Shown here: positions 10,514 to 19,707 of the stretch, piece by piece
Position numbering within the stretch: position 1 is the stretch's first letter
How the letters are laid out: each line of letters starts with the position of its first letter
Assembly: GCA_965216565.1 (NCBI GenBank)
Contig: OZ244170.1
Location: forward strand, 1,536,001-1,600,000
Direction: 5' to 3'
DNA length: 64,000 nucleotides
Source of the DNA: Bythopirellula sp.
Lineage (GTDB): Bacteria; Planctomycetota; Planctomycetia; Pirellulales; Lacipirellulaceae
Notes under the pieces: generated by a model
Databases searched by the model: none
What the model was told of the DNA's origin: nothing
The model's input: only the letters and a program-made list of their open reading frames with translations
Program-made: the position numbers and the translations under genes

Positions 10514-10912
10514 ATGATGAATGCTGTGAAATCGATCATGACTGGTGATTTGGTAACTGTTTCGCCAGAATCTTCGATCCAAGATGCCATTGAGCTCTTG
10601 CTCAAGGAAGAAATCAGCGGATTGCCCGTAATCGACAACCAGGGCAAGCTGGTTGGGATTCTCACCGAGTTTGCAGTCCTGGGACTTGCTTACGACGACA
10701 AGATCCGACAAGACACCGTTTCTCAGCACATGACACCCAACGTACTTACAGTTCAAGCCGATGAACCTGTTAGCAAAGTTGCTGACTTGTGCCTTGTTCA
10801 TCGTGTACGACGTGTTCCCGTTATGAATGGCGAGAAGCTTGTTGGGTTGGTAGCACGGAGAGACGTGCTTAGGTCGCTCTACGAGAGCCAAGCTCCTATT
10901 TGCGCATCTTAA
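10514..10912 (+). CDS. CBS domain pair protein
   Basis: Motifs ISGLPVID..LVGILTE and RRVPV..LVGLVARRD. AAGGGG SD-like sequence upstream. Confidence 0.9.
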   Translation: MMNAVKSIMTGDLVTVSPESSIQDAIELLLKEEISGLPVIDNQGKLVGILTEFAVLGLAYDDKIRQDTVSQHMTPNVLTVQADEPVSKVADLCLVHRVRRVPVMNGEKLVGLVARRDVLRSLYESQAPICAS

Positions 10913-10988
10913 GTCACTTCTGTATTCCTAACTCTCCAAATGCATCAGCATTGCCGAGGTAGATAGCTGCTTACAGCGACCCCGAGAT

Positions 10989-12506
10989 ATGTCCGCAACC
11001 GAAAGAACCACGCACTCAACATTCCATAAGCAACACAGAACCCTAGAGGTTCTGTTGGTGCTTTTGGTGCTCAGCATTTCGATGTTGATGTGGCGTCATT
11101 CGGTCAATGATCCGATTCTGCTCCACTTATACTATGTTCCCGCAGTTCTAACAGGCTTCTATCTCGGCGGTTACCGAGCCCGCTTGATTGCACTGCTGTG
11201 CATCGTCACTGGTTTCATACTTTTTGTGCCAGATGTCAGTTCTGTGAGCGATGGCATCCCGTTATTGACCGTACTCGCATTCTTGCTGTGGTCGGGCACC
11301 CTATTCCTGGTAGCAATGCTCATCGGCACGCTAAGCGATGGGCTTCGCAAAGTAATGAGGGAAACAGAGACTACGCTCAAAAAAGATGCGCTGACCGATT
11401 CATTGACTAGTGTTGCCAATCGAAGAGGCTTCGATCTTGAACTCCGCTCTCAGTTAGGCCACGTCACAACCGATACCGATCAACTAGCGCTTGTACTCAT
11501 CGATATTGATTATTTCAAGAACTTCAATGATCGATATGGGCACCAGACTGGCGATCAAATCCTCAAGCAAGTTGCTCACGTCTTCAAGCAAGTCGCCAGA
11601 AGTGCCGACTTGGTTGCCCGCTATGGGGGAGAAGAATTCGCATTGATTCTTCCTCACACGACGAAGAAAAGCGCTTTAGAGATAGCAGAAAAGACCCGCA
11701 GCCTGATAGAAGAGCATCGCTTCGACTATCAAGGGCTCGTGCATCGCCTCACGGTGAGCGTGGGGGTAGCATTTGCAAGTGACCAGGACGATGACAAGTC
11801 GTTTTGCGAGCGTGTCGACGCGGCCCTCTATAGCTCGAAGGAGTCTGGCAGAAACAGCGTGCACTATCACGATGGCAAAGCGTGTGTCCGGTTTGGTCTG
11901 GGATTCGCAGCTCAACGTGCTGAAAAGGACAAACCACAAGCCAGTTCTGACGCGAGCAATGCGTTTCACGATTTATCGACCGGACTACCGACTCAGTTGG
12001 TGTTGGTGGAAGAGCTACGCCGCAGGGTTCTGGAAAAGCAGAGATACGGTGGCACTCTCTCGATGGCTCTCATTCAGATTGATGATATGCCCGAGCTAAT
12101 TAGTGCTGACGCAAAAATGAGGAAGAGCTACACAGCCAATGCGGCGCGTATCATCCAATCCGCAGTTCGCGATTCCGACTTTGTGGCCAACTGGTCTGAG
12201 GACACATTCGCCGTCTTACTGCCCTGTACAGACATCCAGAATTCGCTTGTGCCGCTAAGTCGCCTTTGTCGTCATGCAGAGGAATTTGAAGATGTGCAGT
12301 TCCCGACTCTCTCGTACTCTATGTCTATCGGAGCCGTGGAGGTTCAAGACAACGAGCAATATGGCCAGGTGGTCGAACGCACTAGAAGTACACTGGCTAC
12401 TGCTAGATCAGTAAGCACCGGGAACTTAGCTTACGAGAAAGATGGCAAAGCCAATTGCATGTCGGGCATCGGGAAAGAAAGCCGAGAAGTGTGCGATATG
12501 GTGTAG
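10989..12506 (+). CDS. Membrane-bound diguanylate cyclase with a second, degenerate GGDEF domain
   Basis: Hydrophobic N-terminal helices, then DSLTSVANRR, DIDYFKNFND and RSADLVARYGGEEF. The second domain reads RDSDFVANWSEDTF. Confidence 0.9.
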   Translation: MSATERTTHSTFHKQHRTLEVLLVLLVLSISMLMWRHSVNDPILLHLYYVPAVLTGFYLGGYRARLIALLCIVTGFILFVPDVSSVSDGIPLLTVLAFLLWSGTLFLVAMLIGTLSDGLRKVMRETETTLKKDALTDSLTSVANRRGFDLELRSQLGHVTTDTDQLALVLIDIDYFKNFNDRYGHQTGDQILKQVAHVFKQVARSADLVARYGGEEFALILPHTTKKSALEIAEKTRSLIEEHRFDYQGLVHRLTVSVGVAFASDQDDDKSFCERVDAALYSSKESGRNSVHYHDGKACVRFGLGFAAQRAEKDKPQASSDASNAFHDLSTGLPTQLVLVEELRRRVLEKQRYGGTLSMALIQIDDMPELISADAKMRKSYTANAARIIQSAVRDSDFVANWSEDTFAVLLPCTDIQNSLVPLSRLCRHAEEFEDVQFPTLSYSMSIGAVEVQDNEQYGQVVERTRSTLATARSVSTGNLAYEKDGKANCMSGIGKESREVCDMV

Positions 12507-12620
12507 GCGTGGCCTTGCCAGTGCAATCGGTTTTTCGTCGCGATCCTCACTCACTAGTACTGTTAAGAATTGCCTATCGGCAGGACTTGACCCCACAGGC
12601 CCTCTAAGCAGACTTCTCTA

Positions 12621-12680
12621 CGGGTGCTTACGAAGCTAAGAGGGTGCTGACGCAGCTAACTGGGTGCTTGAACAGCTAAG
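12621..12680. repeat. Three tandem imperfect 20-bp repeats, consensus nGGGTGCTnnnnnAGCTAAn
   Basis: CGGGTGCTTACGAAGCTAAG / AGGGTGCTGACGCAGCTAAC / TGGGTGCTTGAACAGCTAAG, in the gap between convergent genes. Confidence 0.85.
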
Positions 12681-12822
12681 TGGGGACGCTGTCGCCCCAA
12701 TTGCTACAGATGCCGCGACGTAACAAACCAACCAGCCGAATTGCTGGCGCGAGGCTACCGCCGTCGGCTCGAGTCACACTCGAAGCCCGTAGAATACGGT
12801 GTTTCACAAAAGTGCAGATGGC

Positions 12823-13176
12823 TTAGTGATCGCCGGGTGCCGTAGAAGACGTGTGGCCGCTTACTCTCTTTGTCGTAGCATCAAGTGTGTAACTATTACC
12901 AGTCACGGGGCAGACAGGTAAACCAGCTGGGAAATAGTTGACATCTGCACCCAGGTCGGAAAGATCGCTGGCGGGCCAGCTGTTCTTGTCTACATACCAC
13001 CGTTCGATGGCGGAATTTATCTCAGCTCGGTTGTGCGAGCAGCTGCTCGTCTTGGCGAAGTCCACTCCCGGGGCAATTCTGTAGATCACCAAGCTGGCGA
13101 TGATTCCAATTATTGTCACCACGGCAAGCAGCTCGAGTAACGAGAATCCTCTTCGACCTTTACAGAACACACTCAT
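12823..13176 (-). CDS. Type IV pilin/pseudopilin (prepilin cleavage motif)
   Basis: RRG|FSLLELLAVVTIIGII with E5. ATG 13176 is preceded by GAGGAAG. It is a paralogue of the pilins at 16889 and 17362. Confidence 0.9.
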   Translation of the reverse strand: MSVFCKGRRGFSLLELLAVVTIIGIIASLVIYRIAPGVDFAKTSSCSHNRAEINSAIERWYVDKNSWPASDLSDLGADVNYFPAGLPVCPVTGNSYTLDATTKRVSGHTSSTAPGDH

Positions 13177-13481
13177 TTCCGTCTTCCTCATTCGTATCTG
13201 GGAGTATTCGAAATTCACTACAAAAAACTAGCTTTGGCTGGCACATGGGGCTCCCAGAACCCGGAAACGAGATCGTATTGCCCCCTGTTATGTAGGTCTC
13301 GCAGCACTTATTCGCTCTGTGACGATAGTTCCGCCTACGCAGGATGCGTCGAAAACGACAATTCCCACCGATGTTGCTTTGACTCAACAATTCTACGAGC
13401 TACTTTTGCATGGAATTATCTGCGTTCAGGAATACCAACGCGCCGCCCTAGTTGGACGTGCCCTTTTTGAATCGACCCATT

Positions 13482-13865
13482 ATGAAAACACAAACCGCCC
13501 ATATTTTGCTCGTTGAGTTCGATGCAACGCTCAGAGATATCACCGGATTTCGCCTCGAACTCCTGGGCTACCAGGTGACTATCAAAGAATCGGCGGACGT
13601 CGCTACCAATTGGCTGAAAGATAACGTGCCCGATTTGATTGCCGTAGGGCACCTGGAAGATATGGAGCCCGTGGAATTCCTGAACGTATTGAGCAACGAT
13701 CCCAAAACGTGCGAATTGCCCATCATTTTTGTTTCAGCTGAATCGGAACTCCACGAAGTACAACGAGCATTTAATGCCGGGGCTGATGAGTATCTTGTCA
13801 CTCCCTTTGATCCGCTGGTGCTCGAGAAAAAAGTCGAAGGACTCCTGAAGGCGGTCCAACAATAG
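13482..13865 (+). CDS. Stand-alone receiver-domain protein (atypical, pseudo-receiver)
   Basis: CheY-like pattern ILLVE..., PDLI, LPIIFVSA and AGADEYL.PF. The phosphoacceptor Asp and the conserved Lys appear substituted. Confidence 0.85.
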   Translation: MKTQTAHILLVEFDATLRDITGFRLELLGYQVTIKESADVATNWLKDNVPDLIAVGHLEDMEPVEFLNVLSNDPKTCELPIIFVSAESELHEVQRAFNAGADEYLVTPFDPLVLEKKVEGLLKAVQQ

Positions 13866-13960
13866 TTTTCACACACAAGTTTTCGCACATAGAGCAATGA
13901 AGTCCGGCGATGGATTCGTCGCACAAGATTACTAAAACACTTACATGTGGTATTTGATTG

Positions 13961-15649
13961 ATGGCTAGGTTAGGCGACATTCTGGTGAAAAAGGGCTGGG
14001 TCACAGAAGGCCAGATCCAGAGTGCTCTTACTGCGCAAGGCTCTGAACGGGGCCTGCTGGGAACGATTCTGATTCGTCGAGGACTGATCGACGCCGATCA
14101 ATTGGGCGAAGCGCTCTCCGAACAGTACAGCGTGCCCTACCAGGACATTATCCCAGAAAGCATCCGTCCCCAGGTTGTCCGGCTCATTCCAGAAGAGCTA
14201 GCCCGATCTCGCGAAATTGTGCCTCTAAGCGTCAGCAGTAGCACGATGAAGCTGGCGATGACAGCCCCTGACGACATGGATGCCATTTGCGAAGCCGAAC
14301 TAATCACTGGCTACCACGTGGAACCAGTTGTGGCTATGCAATCGGGCGTGAGAGACGCGCTCGATCATGGCTTCGACGAGCGTGTCATCGCTCGGCAAAC
14401 CATTGTCGACATGAAAATGGCGGACCTCGACGCCGCTGAAGAGGCTATCGATCAGGAACTGACGGAGGAAGCTCCCGACGAGGAGGACCAAGCCCCCGTC
14501 GTGAGGCTCGTAAAAGCGATCCTCATGGGTGCCATCAATGCGGGAACGAGCGATATTCATCTGGAGCCTTATCATCCAGAAATGCGAGTTCGCTACCGCG
14601 TCGACGGACAACTTCAGCCCGTGATGACGATTCCAACGCACATCGAAGAGTCTGTGGTGGCTCGCATCAAGGTCATGGCCGACATGGACACCACGGAAAG
14701 CCGTAGGCCACAAGACGGTCAGCTCAGTATCGAAGAGGCTGGCAGCCGGGTGAATTTCCGGGTAAGCACCATTCCGACAGTCAACGGCGAGAAGGTTGTA
14801 ATGCGACTACTCGACGAAGGCTCGCGGAGCTTCACCTTGGAGAATCTGGGGCTCAACAAGCGAGACCTTAAGAGCATTGAAGCCTTGATTGACAAGCCGC
14901 ACGGCATGATCGTTGTGACTGGGCCCACCGGGTCCGGTAAAAGCACAACCATGTACTCCGTGCTGGCGACTTTGAACTCAGACAGTCGCAATATTGTGAC
15001 GGTTGAAGATCCAGTCGAATATCGTCTGGCAGGGGTCAATCAAATTGCGTCCGACAACGATCATGGCCTCGGATTCGCAAACGCACTGAAATACATCATG
15101 CGGCAAGATCCCGACGTGATTATGGTTGGTGAAATCCGCGATCACGAAACAGCGGCTACCTCGGTCCAAGCCGCCTTGACGGGTCACCTGCTGATTAGCA
15201 CGCTGCATACCAACGATGCAATTGGAGCTGTCGCTCGGCTAGGCGATCTGGGCATCGACAATTTTAAAACCGGCGGCGCCTTGCTGGGTGCGGTCGCTCA
15301 GCGTCTGCTGCGGGCGATTTGTCCCCACTGTAAAGAGACCGTGGAACCGAATCGTCACTACCTCAACTCCCTGAATCACGCCGCTGAGGTTGGAAAAGAC
15401 ACGATCTTCTACGCTGGTAGAGGTTGCAAGAAGTGTTTGGGAACCGGTTATCTCGGTCGAATTCCCATCTACGAAATCATGACCGTCACCCCAGCCTTGG
15501 CATTTGCCATCGAGCAGGGGCTGCCGAACTCGAAGCTGCGAGAAATCGCATTGGAAGAAGGCATGGTCGAATTGGCTACCGCGGGTGTCGAACAAGTAAT
15601 TGCTGGCAATACGACAATTGAAGAAGTCTTCTACAAGGTATCGGGATAG
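13961..15649 (+). CDS. GspE/PilB-family assembly ATPase with N-terminal MshEN motif
   Basis: Motifs SDIHLEP, RYRVDG, RRPQDG, Walker A GPTGSGKST, TVEDPVEY, RQDPDVIMVGEIRD, TGHL, STLHTN and CxxC...CxxC. Confidence 0.95.
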   Translation: MARLGDILVKKGWVTEGQIQSALTAQGSERGLLGTILIRRGLIDADQLGEALSEQYSVPYQDIIPESIRPQVVRLIPEELARSREIVPLSVSSSTMKLAMTAPDDMDAICEAELITGYHVEPVVAMQSGVRDALDHGFDERVIARQTIVDMKMADLDAAEEAIDQELTEEAPDEEDQAPVVRLVKAILMGAINAGTSDIHLEPYHPEMRVRYRVDGQLQPVMTIPTHIEESVVARIKVMADMDTTESRRPQDGQLSIEEAGSRVNFRVSTIPTVNGEKVVMRLLDEGSRSFTLENLGLNKRDLKSIEALIDKPHGMIVVTGPTGSGKSTTMYSVLATLNSDSRNIVTVEDPVEYRLAGVNQIASDNDHGLGFANALKYIMRQDPDVIMVGEIRDHETAATSVQAALTGHLLISTLHTNDAIGAVARLGDLGIDNFKTGGALLGAVAQRLLRAICPHCKETVEPNRHYLNSLNHAAEVGKDTIFYAGRGCKKCLGTGYLGRIPIYEIMTVTPALAFAIEQGLPNSKLREIALEEGMVELATAGVEQVIAGNTTIEEVFYKVSG

Positions 15650-15687
15650 TTTTTCTATCCGCACCGTAACTCATAAACGAATCGCTC

Positions 15688-16869
15688 ATGTCCAGACGAA
15701 AACGATATTCCGCAGCAACGGGCAATAGCGGCGCAACTGCTGCGCATACAACCTCGTCCGCCGCAGCCGGTATGGCTGATATTGGCCAATGGTTAAATGG
15801 ACTGACTAGCACTCGCAAGAAGACCGAAAAATTCAAGTCCCACGAGCTCACCTTTATTTTGCGCACACTGTCGACACTGCTCGACAACGGCGTCTCACTA
15901 CCCAAGGCTCTCGCCACACTTGCTAAAGAAGAGACACTTGCAAAGCATGGCGACGTACTAGAAGCTCTGAGACGAAAAGTGGAGTCGGGGACGTCGTTTA
16001 GTGCCGCGCTCGTTGATTATCCTCACGTCTGCGACAATGTCACTGTTAGCCAGCTTAGAGTGGGTGAACAGTCCGGCACGCTCAGCAATACGCTACGCCA
16101 ACTCTCTGAAAGTCGAGACCAGACGGCTGAGCTCAAAAAGGCAGTCACGAAGAAGCTAGCTTATCCCGCGCTACTCGTATTTTTTGGTAGCGGACTGATA
16201 ACGTTCTTGCTGCTCTACGTGGTTCCCGTGTTTGAGGAAACCTACGACAAAGCGGGGGTGGCCCTGCCGCTCATTACCAGGTTGCTCATCGGCTTTGGCG
16301 GCTGCGTGAAAACCTATGGCATCTTTGTAGTCATGGCATTGGTCGTGGCGATTGTAATCCTCAAGCAACTCCGTCGACGTCCTGCTTTGGCAGAGAAGAT
16401 GGATCGCAACATCTTGAAAGTGCCGCTTTTTGGCAATTGGCTTCGTGACATCGCGGTTCTTCAAATGATGGATGTACTGCATCACTTAATGGCAGCCGGA
16501 TATACCCTGGCGGAAGCTCTCAAGGAAACAGGCGATACCGTGGGCAATCGTGCCATGAAGCATGGTGTGCATACGCTCCAGCATGCGGTTCAACGTGGCG
16601 AACGCTTTAGCCGCGAGATTGAACGACTCGAATCGCTATTTCCGCCTATCGTCCACCAACTAGTTATCGTAGGCGAAAGCACCGGCAAGCTCACGAGAGC
16701 AACCAGCGATATTTGCAATCACCTACGTCGTGAAATCGAACGCAAAACTAACCTGATGGTCGGAGCGCTTGAACCCATTCTTACCATTAGTTTGGCCGTG
16801 GCGATTGCCATGGTTCTCATGGCGATCTACCTGCCGATGTTCGACATGGTGAATACGGTCTCGGGGTAG
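15688..16869 (+). CDS. GspF/PilC inner-membrane platform protein
   Basis: Motifs LSTLLDNGVSL, VGEQSGTL, LAYP, VVPVF, LPLIT, VGESTGKL, LEP and IYLPMF. Confidence 0.95.
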   Translation: MSRRKRYSAATGNSGATAAHTTSSAAAGMADIGQWLNGLTSTRKKTEKFKSHELTFILRTLSTLLDNGVSLPKALATLAKEETLAKHGDVLEALRRKVESGTSFSAALVDYPHVCDNVTVSQLRVGEQSGTLSNTLRQLSESRDQTAELKKAVTKKLAYPALLVFFGSGLITFLLLYVVPVFEETYDKAGVALPLITRLLIGFGGCVKTYGIFVVMALVVAIVILKQLRRRPALAEKMDRNILKVPLFGNWLRDIAVLQMMDVLHHLMAAGYTLAEALKETGDTVGNRAMKHGVHTLQHAVQRGERFSREIERLESLFPPIVHQLVIVGESTGKLTRATSDICNHLRREIERKTNLMVGALEPILTISLAVAIAMVLMAIYLPMFDMVNTVSG

Positions 16870-16888
16870 CGAAGCTAGATCTAGGACA

Positions 16889-17215
16889 ATGAAAATGACA
16901 TACCAGAGCAAAGGATTCTCCCTACTCGAATTGATGGTTGTAATCTCTGTACTAGGAGTACTAGCTATGGTGATTGTGCCCCGGGTATTCGGTGAGAACG
17001 ACGCTGCAAAAACGGCGGCGTGCCACACGTACCAAGGAGACATTGAAATCCAGGCAGAACTCTGGATGCATAACACAGGAGGCTGGCCCAATAACAGCCT
17101 GTCAGATATCGGGGCTGTAACAGCTTACTTCCCTGAGGGACTGCCCACGTGCCCGGTTGATGGCTCAGCCTACACAATCGATGGTTCAGGGCGTGTCGTA
17201 GGGCATAATCACTAG
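16889..17215 (+). CDS. Type IV pilin/pseudopilin
   Basis: SKG|FSLLELMVVISVLG. Its C-terminus is shared with the paralogues (YFPEGLPTCPVDG). Confidence 0.9.
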   Translation: MKMTYQSKGFSLLELMVVISVLGVLAMVIVPRVFGENDAAKTAACHTYQGDIEIQAELWMHNTGGWPNNSLSDIGAVTAYFPEGLPTCPVDGSAYTIDGSGRVVGHNH

Positions 17216-17361
17216 AAAAAAGTCCGAGAAGTTGTTTTTTTAACACGCTGTTGGCTTTTTTGTAACCTAGCTTTAACTATCACCGCGAAGGCGTGGTGCA
17301 AAAAAACACAATACCGACTACGCAATATGCGGTACTTTTTTAACTGAGGAGAGAACCACCA

Positions 17362-17685
17362 ATGAAAGCGTTCCAACCAAAGAAGTCTTCCGGCTTCTCG
17401 CTACTCGAGTTGTTAGCGGTTGTTACCATTTTGGGTATCATCGCAGCGATTATTGTTCCTAGAGTAACAGTATCCAGCGATACAGCCAAGCAACGAGTCC
17501 GTGACCATCACAAGGCGACCATCAACGCAGCTGTTGAACGCTGGTACATCGACAAGAACTCCTGGCCAGCCAACGATCTCTCGGATATCGAGGCCGATGT
17601 TAATTACTTCCCCGAAGGGATCCCAACCAATCCAGTTGATGGAAGCGATTACACGCTTAACGGCACAACGCACCGAGTCAACTAG
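17362..17685 (+). CDS. Type IV pilin/pseudopilin, candidate major subunit
   Basis: SSG|FSLLELLAVVTILGII. It has a strong SD (GAGGAGAG) and its own upstream intergenic region. Confidence 0.9.
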   Translation: MKAFQPKKSSGFSLLELLAVVTILGIIAAIIVPRVTVSSDTAKQRVRDHHKATINAAVERWYIDKNSWPANDLSDIEADVNYFPEGIPTNPVDGSDYTLNGTTHRVN

Positions 17686-17702
17686 ATAAGAATAGATACT
17701 TG

Positions 17703-18200
17703 ATGAATGCAACGTGGAAATCTCTCTGCAAGGCTCGGCGTGAGCAATCACGTCGGGCCTTCAGTCTTTTGGAACTGATGACGGTCGTGGCGATAATCGG
17801 CCTCATGGCCCTGGCTGGAATCTCCCGATTCGGGAACACCACCTTGTCCAACAGTTCTGCCGACGGATTTGCCCGTAAGCTCTCACTTTCTCTGGCACAC
17901 GCTCGCCGAGCCACAATTTCTACCGGCGACAATCATTATGTTCAGCTCGCACCTGCCTCGGGTGTCATTACGAACTTCGCCATTATTCGAAAAGCCTCGG
18001 GAGGCGATGTCCAAGTCGATCAGAGCCATGCGGTGCCGCAGGACGTAACCGTCTCGTCGGCAACGCGGACTTTGGAATTCGACTTCGATGGGACTGCTCT
18101 CGCGGCATACACCATCTCGATTACGGCCCCCGAAAGAAGTTGGGACGTAACGGTTGTGCAGTTGACCGGCTCAATCGCTGTGACCGAAACAACCCCCTAG
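17703..18200 (+). CDS. Minor pilin (FimT/GspH-like)
   Basis: RRA|FSLLELMTVVAIIG, L..ARR.AI helix and a C-terminal FDFDG beta region. Confidence 0.85.
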   Translation: MNATWKSLCKARREQSRRAFSLLELMTVVAIIGLMALAGISRFGNTTLSNSSADGFARKLSLSLAHARRATISTGDNHYVQLAPASGVITNFAIIRKASGGDVQVDQSHAVPQDVTVSSATRTLEFDFDGTALAAYTISITAPERSWDVTVVQLTGSIAVTETTP

Positions 18201-18328
18201 CCACAAGCTTTGCTTTGCGACTAGCAATCTGGGGGAGAGGTCTCTTTTTTAAGCTACGTTTATTAGGAAACGTGCGCTCATTTTTTGAAACCTTCCTGAC
18301 CAAATAAGCAACGAACGCTGTAGCAAAA

Positions 18329-18775
18329 ATGAATCCCCACAGGCAAGCATCTAGACGTAAGGGCTATTCCTTACTCGAAATGATCTTCGCGACGGCCCTG
18401 ATGGCAGGCACTTTAGTTCCTGCGCTCGGCGTCATGCGGGATTCTATGGCTGTGAGTCGCGAGACCACCACTCGAGCTCTGTTGGCAAACTACGCTGTGC
18501 AGAAAGTCGAACAACATGCGTCTCTCGCTATCGCTACATGGAGCACGGGAACAACAACCGAAGACTACACGGCTGAAGGGCGTGCGGACATCGTCAGCAT
18601 TGCTATAAGTTCGGATGATCCGAGCGACGGCGGCATTGTCGATTCGCTCATGTCCGTTGACGTGACGATTTTCGAGGACTTGAATGCGAATTCAGCCCTA
18701 GATTCAGGCGAGCTGTCTGTGAACATGCGGACTAAAGTTGCCAAGCTAAACACATACGAGAATGAAGAACAATAA
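18329..18775 (+). CDS. Minor pilin (PilV/GspI-like)
   Basis: RKG|YSLLEMIFATAL. Confidence 0.8.
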   Translation: MNPHRQASRRKGYSLLEMIFATALMAGTLVPALGVMRDSMAVSRETTTRALLANYAVQKVEQHASLAIATWSTGTTTEDYTAEGRADIVSIAISSDDPSDGGIVDSLMSVDVTIFEDLNANSALDSGELSVNMRTKVAKLNTYENEEQ

Positions 18776-19286
18776 CCAACAACCTCGAACAGGGTTTTCC
18801 CTGATCGAGCTGACAGTCACCATGTCGATGCTGGCGATTATTTCGACAGCTTCGATGGCGCTGGTGCGCACCTCCTACACTGCCTGGAATCGTCATGACG
18901 ACGATCAATCGCAGCGTCGCGAGGCATTGGCCTTGCAACGTCACTTGGGGCGACACATTCGCCAGGCCACTTCAGTCATGGAAATATCCGCTAGCTCAGA
19001 TGTTTCTGGGAACATCTCGTTGTTGATGTCCACCGGCGAAGTTTATGTCTGGGATCACAACGCGACTACCAAACAGGTCTTATTTGGCATCGATACGGCA
19101 ACGGCAGTCCTAGCAACAGATATTGAGGAATTGAGTTTTACCGGTTTCAGCGCTGACGGCACCACCGAAGTTGCGGAGGTGGGGCTAGTTCATGCGGTGA
19201 CTCCCCTCGTGAAATACAACCTTTCACGTCCAACAGGAAATGTCACTTACACGACATCCTGCCAATCGTGGTTAAGGTCTTGGTAA
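18762..19286 (+). CDS. Minor pilin (PilW/GspJ-like)
   Basis: RTG|FSLIELTVTMSMLAII. Confidence 0.8.
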   Translation: MKNNNQQPRTGFSLIELTVTMSMLAIISTASMALVRTSYTAWNRHDDDQSQRREALALQRHLGRHIRQATSVMEISASSDVSGNISLLMSTGEVYVWDHNATTKQVLFGIDTATAVLATDIEELSFTGFSADGTTEVAEVGLVHAVTPLVKYNLSRPTGNVTYTTSCQSWLRSW

Positions 19287-19305
19287 TTACGAGGGCTCGA
19301 AACAC

Positions 19306-19686
19306 ATGGTGTATTTTAAACGACAACATGGGACGCAGCCATCACGGCGAGGCGCAGCATTGTTGCTGTGCCTGTTTGTGATATTTATTGTCACAGTGAT
19401 GGTCGTAAATGTTCTCGACACGACAACACTACAGTTATCCACGGTGAGGAATACGGCAGACTATGAACGAGCTCTCTACCTGGCCAACGCCGGCGTTCAC
19501 CATGCCGCGTCGATGCTAGAAGCGGACACCTCCTGGAGGGGAACCGTAACAGAGGGCACCTATCCCGCGAACGATTCTTACACCGCAACCGCGGTGAATG
19601 GATCCGATTCCTACACGGCAGTTGTGACGGCAAGCGGATCTGCCGGGGAAATAAGACGAACAGTAACCGCACTAATCGAACTATAA
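19306..19686 (+). CDS. PilX/GspK-like minor pilin (short)
   Basis: RRG|AALLLCLFVI lacking E5, followed by the RALYLANAGV motif typical of the PilX N-terminus. Confidence 0.8.
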   Translation: MVYFKRQHGTQPSRRGAALLLCLFVIFIVTVMVVNVLDTTTLQLSTVRNTADYERALYLANAGVHHAASMLEADTSWRGTVTEGTYPANDSYTATAVNGSDSYTAVVTASGSAGEIRRTVTALIEL

Positions 19687-19707
19687 CAAGAATACACGGC
19701 ACCTATC

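Noticed and set aside
12621..12680. Possible mini CRISPR array
   Set aside because: The period is only 20 bp, there are no spacer-length unique segments, and no cas genes are present. It is kept as a tandem repeat instead.
17270..17310. Resemblance to a c-di-GMP-I (GEMM) riboswitch (CGAAGGCGTGGTGCAAA)
   Set aside because: It lacks the GGCAAAC and GACGCAAAGC context and the second helix, so the similarity is too weak.
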